Origin: Perkinsus olseni
Lineage: Eukaryota
Assembly: GCA_013115125.1 (NCBI GenBank)
Contig: JABANN010000137.1
Coordinates: forward strand, 1 to 63,155
Length of the DNA: 63,155 nucleotides
Direction: 5' to 3'
Below the pieces are notes generated by a model. The model saw only the letters and a program-made list of their open reading frames with translations, was not told the origin of the DNA and ran no database searches. How positions within the stretch are numbered: the stretch's first letter is position 1; each line of letters starts with the position of its first letter. Shown piece after piece: positions 40,631 through 53,340 of this stretch. The translations under genes and the position numbers were made by a program.

Positions 40631-43530
40631 CTACACGCTCACGTCTCCAGGTTTGTTTCTTCCTCTCACATGTCGTCTGGCGAAGAGTTCAAGCACCTCC
40701 ATGGCCTTGGCGAGACGACTTCTCGCGGAAACTTGGAAAGCGTTCTCTCTTGACTGCCACATGGCGCCCGGCTCGAAAATGATGGCTGGAATCGGGATTG
40801 GGAAATTGTTCTTGTTGCATTTGTCATAAACCTCTTTGCCGAAGGGCCAGACAGTCATGGTCTCGCCGTTGAAGGTTCCCTCGGAACTACGAGACCCTTC
40901 CAAACAGATGGCTTCCAAGTAGCTGCCAAAAGCGTTCTTGGCAATGTCCTCGGAGGTTTTTGGTTCCTCCTGGGAATGATCTCCCTTTATGCCAGAGAGT
41001 TCACTGATGGCGGCGGTCATGCCCTTCCACCTTATCGGCCTACATAAGTGTGAAGAGTTCTGGAAGCACCACTGGGCAGCAGGACACTCACATGCCAGGT
41101 AGACGAATACGATGAATCGTGAAGTCCCTGTTGAGGGCCATGGAGAGATCTTTCCCCTCCATTTCGAGATACCAAAGAGACTCCTGAAAAAGAGAGCGCA
41201 TAGCCGTGGCATTGGCGAGATCGGTGACCTTACCGGCATATCCGGAAGTTTGAGAGGCTCGTCTTTTTCAGGAAACACTTTCTTGGCGAACTTGGTGAGA
41301 ACATCACTCCCCAAGGATGATGGCATCGCATATGAATTTTTACCGCCGAATGATATCCACTTATCGTTCGAGTCTAACTCCAGCTGCCATGAGAACTCCT
41401 GTTGAACAGAACTCTCATTCAGGGCGCCTCCCTCCTTTGGTCGGAACCTCCCCGAGGCATAGTTCCAGGCATACTTGAGGACGTCTCGCATGGTCGCCTT
41501 ACAGTCGGACGGCTGAGACCTCGGAAGGCCGTAAGGCATGCCGCTCCGCTCAAGGCTCGTCGTAGCTGTAATCTTGCGCTTCCTGAAGGCCGCAAAGGGC
41601 AGGGTCAGGATGATAACCAAGTGTAATAAGACGAGACCGCCCAGAAAGAATCAGAGTACCGGATCACTGCTTCGGAGTAAGGCCAGAAGGGCACTGCGAA
41701 TAAAAGACAAGACCCACGCCAATTTTTCCCGTCGCCGAGTGGAAGAATTCCCGCACAGGAAGAGCTTGCCGCTACGCTGACGCTTCGACCCGGATCAACA
41801 ACATCATAAAACCTCAAGTGACTCTACTTAGATCACGAAACGGGTGCAGAGTTCTCCATTTTTGAGGAACACTCTGTAACAGCAGTAATGGCGAGAATAT
41901 CAAAACCTCACGTTGGTCCCTTGTCTCCCTCGAGCACGTTATAATAAAGCTTCAAATCTTCTCCCTTCAAATCCAGTTCGTAAAAAACCTTCTCATCCGC
42001 AGAAGTGGTGAAGACATGGAACACCCGGCACTTGAAGCCCTGAAGGAAGGTATCGGCGTCGTGATACGATCACCCGCGGAGGGAGGACCAGTTGAGAGTA
42101 TACCTGAGGTTGCAGTAGGGACTCGTAGACTTGCAGACTCTTAGATTGGCGGATCTCCTCGGGAGTTGGCACACGAGGGCGTGCTCTCGGCAGAGGTGAC
42201 CTAGGTTCTTCAGGCGACGGCGATCTGGACCTTGACTTCTCGATGAGCGCAGGGCTGGTAGATTGAAGGAGCTCGTCAGGCGTCGGCAAACGAGCACGTG
42301 ATCCCGGAGAAGGTGATCGAGACTTGGATCCGGACGGCGACGGGGACCTGGACCTCATTGTGGACGCAGGGTTCTTCGACTGAGAGTCTTCAGTAGGCGT
42401 TGAAGGTGGCGACTTAGTAACCCTCGGCTTTGGAACGGGTTTCGTGGCATCGGGCTGGGCGGCGATGGTATCCTGAGCAAAGGAAGCTGCAGGGCGAATA
42501 GAAGGAAAAGATCGTTACCAGGCCCAGCTGGTTCGTTGCAGAGCGGGAGCTCTTCTTTGGGGGAATGGGAGGTGTAACGCCCTCGACTGAGACCTACGAA
42601 AGGAGATGCCGTAGGTGGGAGGTTGTTGATTTCATCAGGGAATTCAATGACCGTCTTCACTTGGAATTTCCATTCACGATGATCATCGGCAGGCGGAGAG
42701 AGTAGAGGAATTCAGCACGAAGAGTGGCGACCTCAATCTCGAACAATAAGCCGCGAGTCGTGTAACACCAACGCTCTAACGCTTCTCACCTCAATGTCCT
42801 CCCAGTTGGGCTTGCGTCCCTGCTTGAGAGGGAGCGAACGACCATCTTCTTCATCAGGCTGTTCGCGTTCAGTCGGCTGGGCATCAGACTGTTCTTCAGC
42901 GTCCTCTCCCAACTGCTCAGTCAACTTCTGTTTCCTCTCATTCAGTTTCTTCATCAACTCCTCACTTTGACCGTTCATAACTTGGACGCCATTCGGACTC
43001 ACCTGAAGCGTGTTGGCGTTTCCCACTGCACCTCATTCGCTGAGAAGGCTCGCCAAGGAGAGTCCCACTTAGCCAGTATCAGAGAGACTTACAGGACTGC
43101 TTGGAGCAGAGGCCGTGTCAGCTTCAGATGTCGGAGGGCTTGCATGTACCGGTAACCGGAAGTTTGCGGGCTGAGAACGACTTTATATACAAAACCACCC
43201 AGCGGAAGAGCCATGAATCACGGCCCATGATCTGGGAAGCAACGGGAGGCACGAAACCAATGAGTTCATTCTGCGGTAAAAACCGAAGGGGTCGGGGACC
43301 AAGCTAGAGTACTTACTAGGAAAGGCTTCGGCGGCGGGTCCCCGCTCTGCTGATCTGCTCTTCGGTAAACCCTTGTCTTCGTCGGGACGGGAGGGGGCGG
43401 CTTCTGAAAGAGCAGGAGAGCAGCAGAGTCTGGTGAGCACAGCCTTCCTATTATTGTGACCTACCCCACTCTGCAGGCCTGCCACTGCATGCATACCGTG
43501 GAATAGGATAGTTGCTCTGATGGCTCGCAT
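40631..43530 (-). CDS. Secreted family member P5: long Ser/Pro/Arg-rich linker plus 2 modules
   Basis: Exon 1 MRAIRATILFHGMHAVAGLQSG. RSRSPSP repeats follow, then FKCRVFH..YEL, CKATMRDVLKYAW and KNAFGSYLEAIC. The 3' end is approximate. Confidence 0.62.
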
Positions 43531-44262
43531 TGGTATCAATGGAGGGACAACAGCTATAGCTGATGATACTGATATGAAGAGAATACCCCGAAGATTCATT
43601 CGACTACGAGATGGTCGGACGATTGCATGCAACCAAAGACTCGGCTTAGACGAGAGACGGATAGAGCGCATGCCAGAGGCCCTCAAGATCAGCAAACTTC
43701 CTCGAATGAGGCTGCACTGAGATGGCATTGAAGAAGAGTACGAAGGGGAGGATGAGGTCTCGCAGCCCTCTGGGCTTCGCATCTCTCAACAATTTTGAGT
43801 GCGAGCGAATCATGCGATAACAGTCGGCGGAGGGCCTCGGCCGACTGCTACCAGACACACATAGTTCGGCAATGACGAGGGAGAGGGTAGAGGAGGGACT
43901 GTGCGCAGCGGAAGGTCTACTGGCGTCTGTGTGATGAGGCTGAGCACCAAGGAAATCCATCATGACCGGAACCCGTCAGTGTTAGAAACTCAGCAGAGAG
44001 ATTGAACAACAGCGAATCATATACGACCTCCAGCATGACACAAGCAGGCAACAACGAAGGCAACGTTCGCTCAAGTAGGCCTGAGCGAAGGACCCTCACA
44101 GGATGGATGAAAGAGGTAATGCGCTGTGATTGTTGGAGGTAGGGATTGAGGACGCTAGAGGCTTAATCGTCATTCACTCGCTTCCTCTTTCGAATCAGAG
44201 AAAGCTTCAGACTGCTGCTGCGGCTGTCCTCTTTGATTACCGATGAGCTTCCGAGGGGCAAC

Positions 44263-45106
44263 CTAGGAAGGAGCTGATTCCAGAATGGCTCGGCAACTTA
44301 CCGGCTCATCAGGGCACTCGTGGATCTCTTCCAGGGCCCTGGCCAACTCGGAACCTTCGCGGATCTCGAACCGCCCTCCTGTGCCTCTGATGTCCCCTTT
44401 ACAGCCGTCAGCGCAGGGACTGGATTCTGATTCTCCCTCTTCACGCAACGCGCGGGAGGCCATCAAGTGTCCGACCAAGGTTTGCTTGCATAGGGCATCC
44501 CTAGCTTCCTCCGGACTGTCATCAGGGGAAAAGTCGAGGATATCAGACTCGTTGACGACGGGCCAGATCAGCGGTTTCACAAGTCTCTGGGAGCAACGCA
44601 TTTCGTCCCTGATGAGAACAGAGCTCCCAACGGTCTCCTCCAATAACGTTCTCTCACAGTGTCCGCTTCAAAGTCCAGTGAAAAGTTGAATCGCCGGTAA
44701 AGTCGAGGGTGAGGGTCTGCTTGGGGGCCGACACATCTGGTACAGCAAACGAGCACTGTAAACTGGTCTGAGAATTACCGAGGCGGTGCGAAATCGTTGA
44801 GAGGCTCTCACGCCGGAGTCTCGGTCCTCCTCTTTCATCTTACGTCTCGCGTAGACGCGAAATATGTTCCTCGCCGTGGAACAGCCTTCAGGGTTCCGCG
44901 AGCATAGCTCGACCTGAAGTGGGGTTGTCGCAGGGCACACCAGCAAAGTCCGCATCCACTACGCGTTTACAGTTCAACGGCATTCCTCGGCACACAACTC
45001 CATTCGAAAACGAACACACTCCTCCCTGGGCGTGCGTTACCATTCGTCCGAGGAAGGATGACTGGGCCACTACTGGCAATACAGCCAAGTAGAGTGGGGT
45101 ACGCAT
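44263..45106 (-). CDS. Secreted family member P6 (short; partial A module plus a B module)
   Basis: Exon 1 MRTPLYLAVLPVVAQSSFLGRM|GTAAC splices in phase 0 to VELCSRNP..VYARRKMK. CKQTLVGHLMA..FEIREGSELARAL follows. Confidence 0.58.
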
Positions 45107-45563
45107 TCGAGAACAATAGGGACCAACTGAGGTTAATCACTGAGGTTAATCAATGGTGTTTCCTATGATAATTCTATCAGGGAATGAGGAGCCAAAACCG
45201 CCTGAGAAGAGTCCGTGGGGAATGGGACGACCGAAGGGCCGATGATGAGAACCGCAATCCGGCCAACACCGACAACATCATCATCACAAACACCACGTTT
45301 ACACCAGAGCAGCGATGGTAGTAGTAGTAGGCACTCTGTGATCTCCATCATCACAGGGCAGCTCCATCGCTCACGGCATGCCATTCTTACAGGAGCAGGG
45401 CGATGGAATTACCATCATCGTGCGGGACAGCAAGATGAGACGGAGGCTCGAGAAGGAAACAGAGCAGTCGAGCGCGAGGCGTCAGAAGACTATGGGTTTG
45501 CAGTCGTCTCTCCTCTCACGCGTCTTACACCAAAAACCATATGAATTCGCAAATCATCATTTG

Positions 45564-47589
45564 TCACGACCCGTACTCGGTTTGCTGTCCCACGTGTCTC
45601 CTAGCAAAGAGTTCGAGTATTTCCATCACTCCAGCGAACGGACTGCCCTCGGGAACTTTGAAAGTGAATTCTTCTTCTTCTTCGTTCAAGGCACCACGCT
45701 CGAAAATCTTCGTAGTAATAGAAAGTGGAATAGAGCTCCGAGAGCATTTGTCATAACTCTCTTCGCCAAAAGGCCAGACAGTCACGGTCTCGCCGTCGAC
45801 CATTTCTTCGGAGCTACGAGTGGCCTTCAAGCAGATGGACTCCAAGTAAATTTAGTTGCCATAAGCGACCCGGAAAATATCCTTCGACCTTCGAGGTTTG
45901 TCTTTGTAAAACGTCTTCTTGAGCTGAGAAAGATGGCCGATGGCGGCGAGCATACCTTCCCACGGCGTGGACCTACGATGCTGCAATCAAAGTCGAAGAT
46001 GCCAGGAATGACGGAAAGGCTCACATGCCAGGTAGAGAAATATGATGAATCGTAAACTCCCTGTTGAGGACCATGGAGAGATCTTTGCCCTCCATCTCGA
46101 GGTACCGGAGAGTCTCCTGAAGAAGGGAACGCATGGCCGTGGCATTGGCGATAGACGACTGTACCAATCTGAATGGGAGCTCAACGGGTTCGTTCCCTTC
46201 AGGAATCACTTTCTTGGCGAACTTGGTGAGAACATCACTCCCCAAGGATGATGGCATCGCATATGAATTTTTACCGCCGAATGATATCCACTTATCGTTC
46301 GAGTCTAACTCCAGCTGCCATGAGAACTCCTGTTGAACCGAACTCTCATTCAGGGCGCCTCCCTCCTTTGGTCGGAACCTCCCCGAGGCATAGTTCCAGG
46401 CATACTTGAGGACCTCTCGCATGGTCGCCTTACAGTCGGACGGCTGAGACTTCGGAAGGTCGTCAGGCATGCCGCTCCGCTCAAGGCTTTCCGTAAGGAG
46501 AATCTTGCGCCTGATGAACGTAACAGGGGGAACGTAGCAACACAAGATCGTTGAAGTGAACGCATGGAGGCAATCAACTTGATTGAATCAAGATATACCT
46601 TCACACTGCCGCAAAGGACTCACGTGAGATCTGTGTCACCCTTGTTGACCGAATAATACAGCTTCACGTTCCTGCCCCTCAGACTGAGCTCATACACGAC
46701 ATCGAAACCACCGGCAGTGGTGAATGCGTGAAATACTCGGCACTTGAAGCCCTGAAGTCTCAGGTGTGTATCAGTAATAAAGTAGTAAGAGACGTTGGAA
46801 GGAGATAGACTGAGATTGAGGGCTTACCTGGGGTTGAAGTAGAGGTCCGAGGGCTAGCAGACTCTTAGGCAGCCCGTGGAGTTCGGCAGGGGTTTGGCAA
46901 GCGAGGCCTTCGGGAGGGTAACAAATGCCTCGCTGCAGGTGCTGATACAGACCTGGGCCTTCCACCACTCACGGAGCCAGCCGACTGAAGATCTTGGTAA
47001 GGCGAGGACGACGGCTACCTCGTTATCCTTTCAAAGTTGGTGGCGTCCGAGTCCTAACGAAGAAAAGAGCAGTTAAGAGTCTTCGGCGAGAGAGGAAGCT
47101 CATCCAGTCCGCCAGATTGTACCCAGATGGAGTGAGCCCGTTCCTCGAGATCGGGGCTGATGCACCTTCTGGCGGGGACTGAGGGAATGCAGAAGGCACT
47201 ACTATTGCTGAAAGCCGCATCCTCCGAGAGCCGAGGGACACACGAAGCATGTAGCACAACAGCGAAGTGCCCCTAGACACTCAAGCGCTGCATCAGACCA
47301 AGGAAGCTGCACTATAGGTGGTGTTTGTGGTGTAAGTCAGCTTGCTCGCGATAAGGAGAGGTCAGAAACGTTCCTCGGAAGAAAGGGACGCACTTTATTT
47401 GGATTGTGGGGTGGCCGAGGCGACCTCCGTTGAGCTCTGCTATCTGTTGGTAGAGGAAGAGGAGGCCTCTGAAGAAGTAAGGGGAGGGTTGGTATCGACA
47501 ATGGGACCATCGGCATAATCTACCCCACTCTGCAGGCCTGCCACTGCATGTATACCGTGGAAAAGGATAGTTGCTCTGATGACACGCAT
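45564..47589 (-). CDS. Secreted family member P7 (paralog of P5)
   Basis: Exon 1 MRVIRATILFHGIHAVAGLQSG; then FKCRVFHAF..YELSL, CKATMREVLKYAW, LNREFTIHHI and FKVPEGSPFA. Confidence 0.62.
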
Positions 47590-48239
47590 TGGTATCAATG
47601 GAGAGGCAACAACTATAGCTGATTAAGGAGCGCTTTAGGAAGACTCGTTTAAGTCCGGGAGTAGCGTGGAAGGTCTTCGGTTGTTAGGATGCGACCAAAT
47701 CTCCAGGCAGGCGCTCTACCGGAGGCTCTCATTTTTGCGATCTACCTTCCTAATGCCGCCTGAAAGCTTTGCGAAGGTCGGATGCAGGAGTCTGACCGCG
47801 AAGACTCTTGCCAGGAGGGCGGCATTCCATAGTTGCCAGCGAAAGGCACAGTGTTCTCGATGTACACCACGGAAAGAGCAATACAAAAGCAACTGAAGCA
47901 ACTAACAGAATCTTGAAAGCGGTCAAGAAAGCAGGCGGGAAGCCCTCGAATGGCTACGCTCCGCCCCGTTCCTCTTAGCATTGATAAGACAAGAGAGAGA
48001 GACAGAACAACAACGCTTGACACACAACCTCTAACATGTCACAACGGTAAGATGGAGGAGGGCTATTCGGCTTGATAGACATGAGAAGAGTGTAGCGCAG
48101 AATGCTTGGCCTGCTAGTCTGTAAGTACCTAAGCCACGGCAGAATGGCAGAAAAGCCAATACAGGATGAGGCCCGCGGCCCTCTGTAGTTTCTGATGAAC
48201 TTACCGCGGGTGGCCTAGCGTAGCACATGAAGTTGAAAC

Positions 48240-49642
48240 TCACATGTCTCGAGGACTTACCTCACTATAGATGTAGGCTTCAATCGTCTTGACGACCTCA
48301 GCTACTGCGGACCCTTCGCGGATCGTGAACCACCCTCCTTCGCCGGCTATGTCCTTCTTGCAGCCATCAGCAGCGCAGGGACTGGCTGCATCTCTCTCCT
48401 CAGTACGGGAGGCGCGGAAGGCCATCAAGAATTCAATGAAGGCTTGCTTGCATAGGGTATCAGTAACCTCCTTTGGACTAGCATCAGATGAGGGGTCGGG
48501 GATACCGGAGACGCCGGTGGCTGGCCATAGCTCTTTCAGCGGGCGTATATACTTGTCCAAGGACCCTAATTTCTTCCTGAGAGGAGCAAAACCCTCGCGA
48601 ATCCCGCAAACACTGAGGCTCGATTACAGTGCGTGAGAACGGACTGAGTGTAGCGTGAAATCCATGGCGATGCCGAGGGTGAGCGGAGTTGGCTTGCGGA
48701 CAGCAGAGTTGTCCTCTACGCTGAAAGTGCACTGTAGAGGCGCCTGAACACAGCGAAAATGGTAGTAGCAGTGGACATGAAATTCTTCCAACCTCCGGTC
48801 GTTCTTGGTTTTTCATCTTCCGTTTAATGTAAGTAACGAGAAGATGCCTCATGAATGATTCGTCAGGGAGCAGAAGGCTTCTCGCGCCATCGTTGGTGGT
48901 AGAGTTGTTCTCCCAGAGGTCTTTGAACTCACTCTCCAGTCGTCTGATGAGCTTCCCTTTCAAGTGGCGATAGATGCTCTCGTCCACATCCCTCCTGCGC
49001 GAGACGATGTGACGGGAGCCCTCATACATCCCGTTCAGCAGGTATTGATAGCAATCGGTGGAGGAGGAAAGATTTTGGAAAATGATTCCCTTGGAGCTCC
49101 TGACAACAGCAACAATCAGTGACAGAGGACCGTGAAGGGGCAGTTACGAGTAATCCGAGAAGTAATAAGCCTTCACATCATCCGCCTGGCTGGTCGTGTT
49201 CGTTTTCACTGACAACTCATAGACTTCGTTCCAAGGGAAGGGCGACCAGGAGTAAACCCTGCATTTCGACCCCTGGCAGCAGCACACAGCAACCACACTT
49301 CCCACGAATCAGCCCCGAGCCGTGGCCTACTGTAGATAGATGAGTAGAAAGAGGACGCTGATCTGGCAAGGGTACGGGCATCTTCAAGCGTGATCGCTGT
49401 ACTTCGGCGGGCTTCCTCGTCGGGAAAGGCGCGTATTCTCTGTCCTACTCAAAAGGAGCGATAAACCTACTTCGAGTACTCAGAGTGTCGCAAGGAAAGA
49501 CCAGAGCTGCAGCGATGATGATGAAGACCACACGCTAATGGAGCGTATCATGCGTAGTCAGGCGAGTGCTCACCTCGTAGGCAGCAGTCGAGCTGACTGA
49601 TTGCGGTAGAAGCGGTAGCAGCAGAGCGGCGGTCCAATACAT
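48240..49642 (-). CDS. Secreted family member P8 (small class, 2 modules)
   Basis: Signal exon MYWTAALLLPLLPQSVSSTAAYE|GTGAG; then CRVYSW..VYELSV, CYQYLLNGM, IAMDFTLHSV and CKQAFIEFLMAFRA..FTIREGS. Confidence 0.68.
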
Positions 49643-49847
49643 AACGGGGAGTGTAGGGAGGTACTATCGAGAGAGGGGTGAGTGAGAGGGAATACATCAA
49701 GCGATGAGACTTCGGATCCAATCCTCCCATCTTGCCCGAGTTGGCATGAAAGTAACCACGCATTGGTATTAGCAGCACAAGGGAAGGACGGGGGAACGAC
49801 AAATGAGTGGAGCGCACACCTTACACGCCACAACAGAGCAATGAAGA

Positions 49848-51491
49848 TCATTCACGCTTTTTCCTCCAACAACATCGAAAGATAGACGGCTGCCTGGGCG
49901 TTCGCTCTCTCCTTTGAATGTCTGAATGTATCACCTGAGGGCTGCCGATGGGACGTCGCGTGTTAGCCTCGGGTGGGTGGCCACTTACCACCATACCATT
50001 ACTGTCTGGCTTTAGCACCCAGTCTAATGTCCCACTCGGTTCGATAACCTCTGTGGTTCGTGATGAGGCTCTAGGACTAGCCTGAGATGCGGTATCAGCT
50101 AGAGAGAAGATACCCTGAGAACGCACCCTGCCGAGGAGGTATCTTTCAATTCGCTTCAGCTCGTCGGCGGCCTTGGAGCCTTTCCGGAGCGAAAACATCC
50201 CGTGCCGGCCGAGAATCTCTCCTTTGCAGCCAGCAGCGCAGGGACTGGCCACGACTGTCTTATCATCGCGGAACGCGCGGAAAGCCATCAAGTATTCGAC
50301 GAAGGCTTGCTTGCATAGGGCATCAGTAACTCTCCTCGGACTTGCATTCGATGAGGGGTCGGGGATACCGGAGTCGCCGGTGGCTGGCCATAACTCTCTC
50401 AGTGCATCGACTCGTGCTTTCAGGTCTGGGAGTTCGGCGAACTCAGTTCGCTCCTGGAGGAAGCGAGCCCTCCATAGGTCCCCCCCTGACGCGAGTCACC
50501 TACAATGCATCTGAACTGACTGAGTTTAGTGTTGTGAAATCCCTAGCAATGGCAAGCCTGAGCATCTGCCTAGAAGTAACGTCTTCTTGAACGCCGAAGG
50601 AACACAGTAGACCGGCCTGATAGGAGCTCACTGGCTATGACAAGCGGAACCTGATGATTAGCCGCACTCACCTTCGGCGGCTCATTCCACATCTGTCGTT
50701 CAACGTACGTAACGAGTACATACTTCAGCAAGGAATTGTCAGGAAGTACCAGAGACTTCGTACGGCCGATAGTGGTGACACTCGTCCTCCATAAGTGGGC
50801 GAAATCGCTCTTCAATTCTCTGTGAATCTTGGGTTTCAAGTGTTGATAAATGGCTTCACTCTGGTTGGTATCGCGGGGGAAGATGTACCGAGGCACCTCG
50901 TTCTCCATGGCGGAGAGTAAGTAGTGGTAACAGTCAACCTTGGGAGGCAGATTTCTCTCGACACGACCCTTTTCGCATCTGACCAAGTACAGTCGGCGAC
51001 TGCATGTTGGTCAAAGAGAGCAAAGATCGCAGGTTCTCAGTTACTTTCTGTCGGAGGAGTGGTAAATCTTGGCCTCATTCTTGCCAGTATTCGGATTTGG
51101 TTCCACGGAGAGTTCGTAAACTTCCTCCTTAGGGTCCTGGGACCAGGAATATACTCTGCACTTCGCCCCCTGATAGAGAATGTAGTCCCTACAGGGCAAG
51201 GCTGACGCGGCGACTACTTCAGAGAGAAGATGAGTTGGAGCCCGCTGGCCTTGAGATGACGACAAGGAGGCATCAGGCGGGGGCTGCTTTCTACTCGAGG
51301 TACGTTCCTTCGATGATGCGCTCTGCTTTATGTCCACATTCTGCACAAACACGGACGAAGTCGATTTTTTCCAATGACTCAGATGAAGACTCGGCTGTAC
51401 AAGCTGTCTGGCGAGTGCTCACCTCGTAGGCGGCGGCCGAGCTGACTGATTGCGGTAGGAGCAGTAGTAGCAAGGCTGTCGTACAATACAT
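49848..51491 (-). CDS. Secreted family member P9 (small class, 2 modules)
   Basis: Signal exon MYCTTALLLLLLPQSVSSAAAYE; then CRVYSW..VYELSV, CYHYLLSAM, IARDFTTL and CKQAFVEYLMAFRA..FSLRKGS. The 3' end is approximate. Confidence 0.68.
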
Positions 51492-51887
51492 AACGGGGAG
51501 TGTAGGGGGATACTATCCAGAGAGGTGCATCGAGGAATGCAGCAGGCGGAACGATGTCGTATCCTAGGGCTTTGTCATGTCTACTAGACACTGGTATTAG
51601 TAACACAGCACGAGAGCATAACAACAACAAAGAGCACACACGTTGCACCAAGGAACAGCAGCCATACACCTTACATCATCTCTACAGCGATATTGAAAGG
51701 GGAAAGCTGCGGAAGCTCAGTCTGCTGGTGAGTACAGGAGAGCAAAGCGAGACTGAGTTTAGTAGGACAGGGAGTAAAACAGGGCCTGTCCTGGTGCCTC
51801 CACCTTATTTATTGTTGGCCCCCCTTCTTCCCGGCCTTGGCGGAACTGGCGGAGGCTCTTCTGTCGTCTCCGGTGAGCTGGTGGGCT

Positions 51888-53340
51888 TTATCTGAAGGTG
51901 GCATCAACGGGTGAGAGTTGAAGAGCTCTTTGTGAGCTCATCACCTTTCTGAGGAGATGTCTTTCAATATCCCTAAGTACGGCGGCCATCTTCGAGGTAC
52001 GGCGGACTTCGAACAACCCTCCATCGCCGATAATGTCATTCCTCACATTTACAGTAAGAGGCTCTGTAGGTCCGGCAGCACGGTAGGCGCGGAAGGTCAT
52101 CAAGTACTCGACGAAGGCTTGCTCGCATAGGGTATCAGTGACTCGCCTCGGACTATCATCATATGAGGGGTCGGGGATACCAGAGACGCCGGTGGCTGGC
52201 GGGAGTAGGCTCAAAGCATGCACATGGCCCTCCAAGTCTGGGATCCCGCTTCTGAAGATAGACACACCATTGCAGAGATCCTCAAGTGAAGGCTCCTTAC
52301 AGTGCGGGAGAGCTGATGGAGTGCAGACTGAAGTCGGTGGCTATGCCGAGTGTGAGCATCGGCTCCGAACGATCCTCGGCACCCACGCCAAAGGTGCACT
52401 TCAACCCAGCCTGAAATGTGGTGCTACCTTCACGATCGCGATGGACGAGAGCATCTAACCTTAGAAGGACCCCTATCCCTCATCTTGCGATCAATATAGG
52501 AGACCAGTACGTGCTTGGTCACTGACCTTGGTCACTGACCAATGGTCAGAGTGCCATAAGGTAGCAGAACGGACGTCGTGCTGCCATCGATGGTGCGCTC
52601 ATCCCATAACTCTTTAAATTCGCTGTAGACCTGTCTTTGAGCCTTCGGCTTCAATTGCTGATAAATGCTCTCCGCCGTTCCGGCGCTGTTATCAGGGCGG
52701 AGAGCGCGAGTAGCGTAAGCCTCCATCGTGGACAACAGATGCTGACCACAATAATCAGTAGAATTCAGGCCTCGAACAACGACGCCTTTCAAGCTCCTGA
52801 GAATACACGACGTTTTAAGACGATAAAAAACTTGAGCTAACTTATACCCATCCTCGGAAGTGTAGTAAACCTTGGCGTCGTCCTGCCCGCTGGTGACGTT
52901 CGGTTTTATAGAGAGCTCATAGACTTCTCTCTTGGGGTATTGTGACCAGTGGTAAATTCTGCACTCGGATCCCTACCGAGCTCGCGGATATCTTCCTAGG
53001 GTCAACTTAAGATCCGTGCCTACCGTAGATAGGTAGTTGGAGGGGGCCCGCTGGCGTTGTACGGGCACGGCAATATCAAGCGGAGACTGTTGTTTTTTCT
53101 TGGAAGGCTTCTTCCTCATCGGGAATGCGGTATATCTCTCACTATCATCCTGAGCAAACGACAGCGCTGTCCTCAGTGCTCAATTGAATACTCTAGGGGA
53201 GAAGATCAATAAGGTAGTGATAAAGGTCCAGGCTAATGGAGCGTATCATGCGTAGTCAGGCGAGTGCTCACCTCGTAGGCTGCGCCCGAGCTGACTGATT
53301 GCGGTAGAAGCAGTAGCAGGAGAGCGGTGGTCCAATACAT
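51888..53340 (-). pseudogene. Secreted family member P10 (small class), probably disabled by a 27-nt insertion carrying an in-frame TGA
   Basis: Signal exon MYWTTALLLLLLPQSVSSGAAYE and modules like P8/P9. LLPYGTLT|IGQ*PRSVT|KHVLVSYIDRKM interrupts the segment homologous to P8 LLPDESFMRHLLVTYIKRKM. Confidence 0.6.

Noticed and set aside
17783-52840. Many plus-strand ORFs across the array
   Set aside because: They are antisense shadows of minus-strand exons; conservation between paralogs follows the minus-strand frames.
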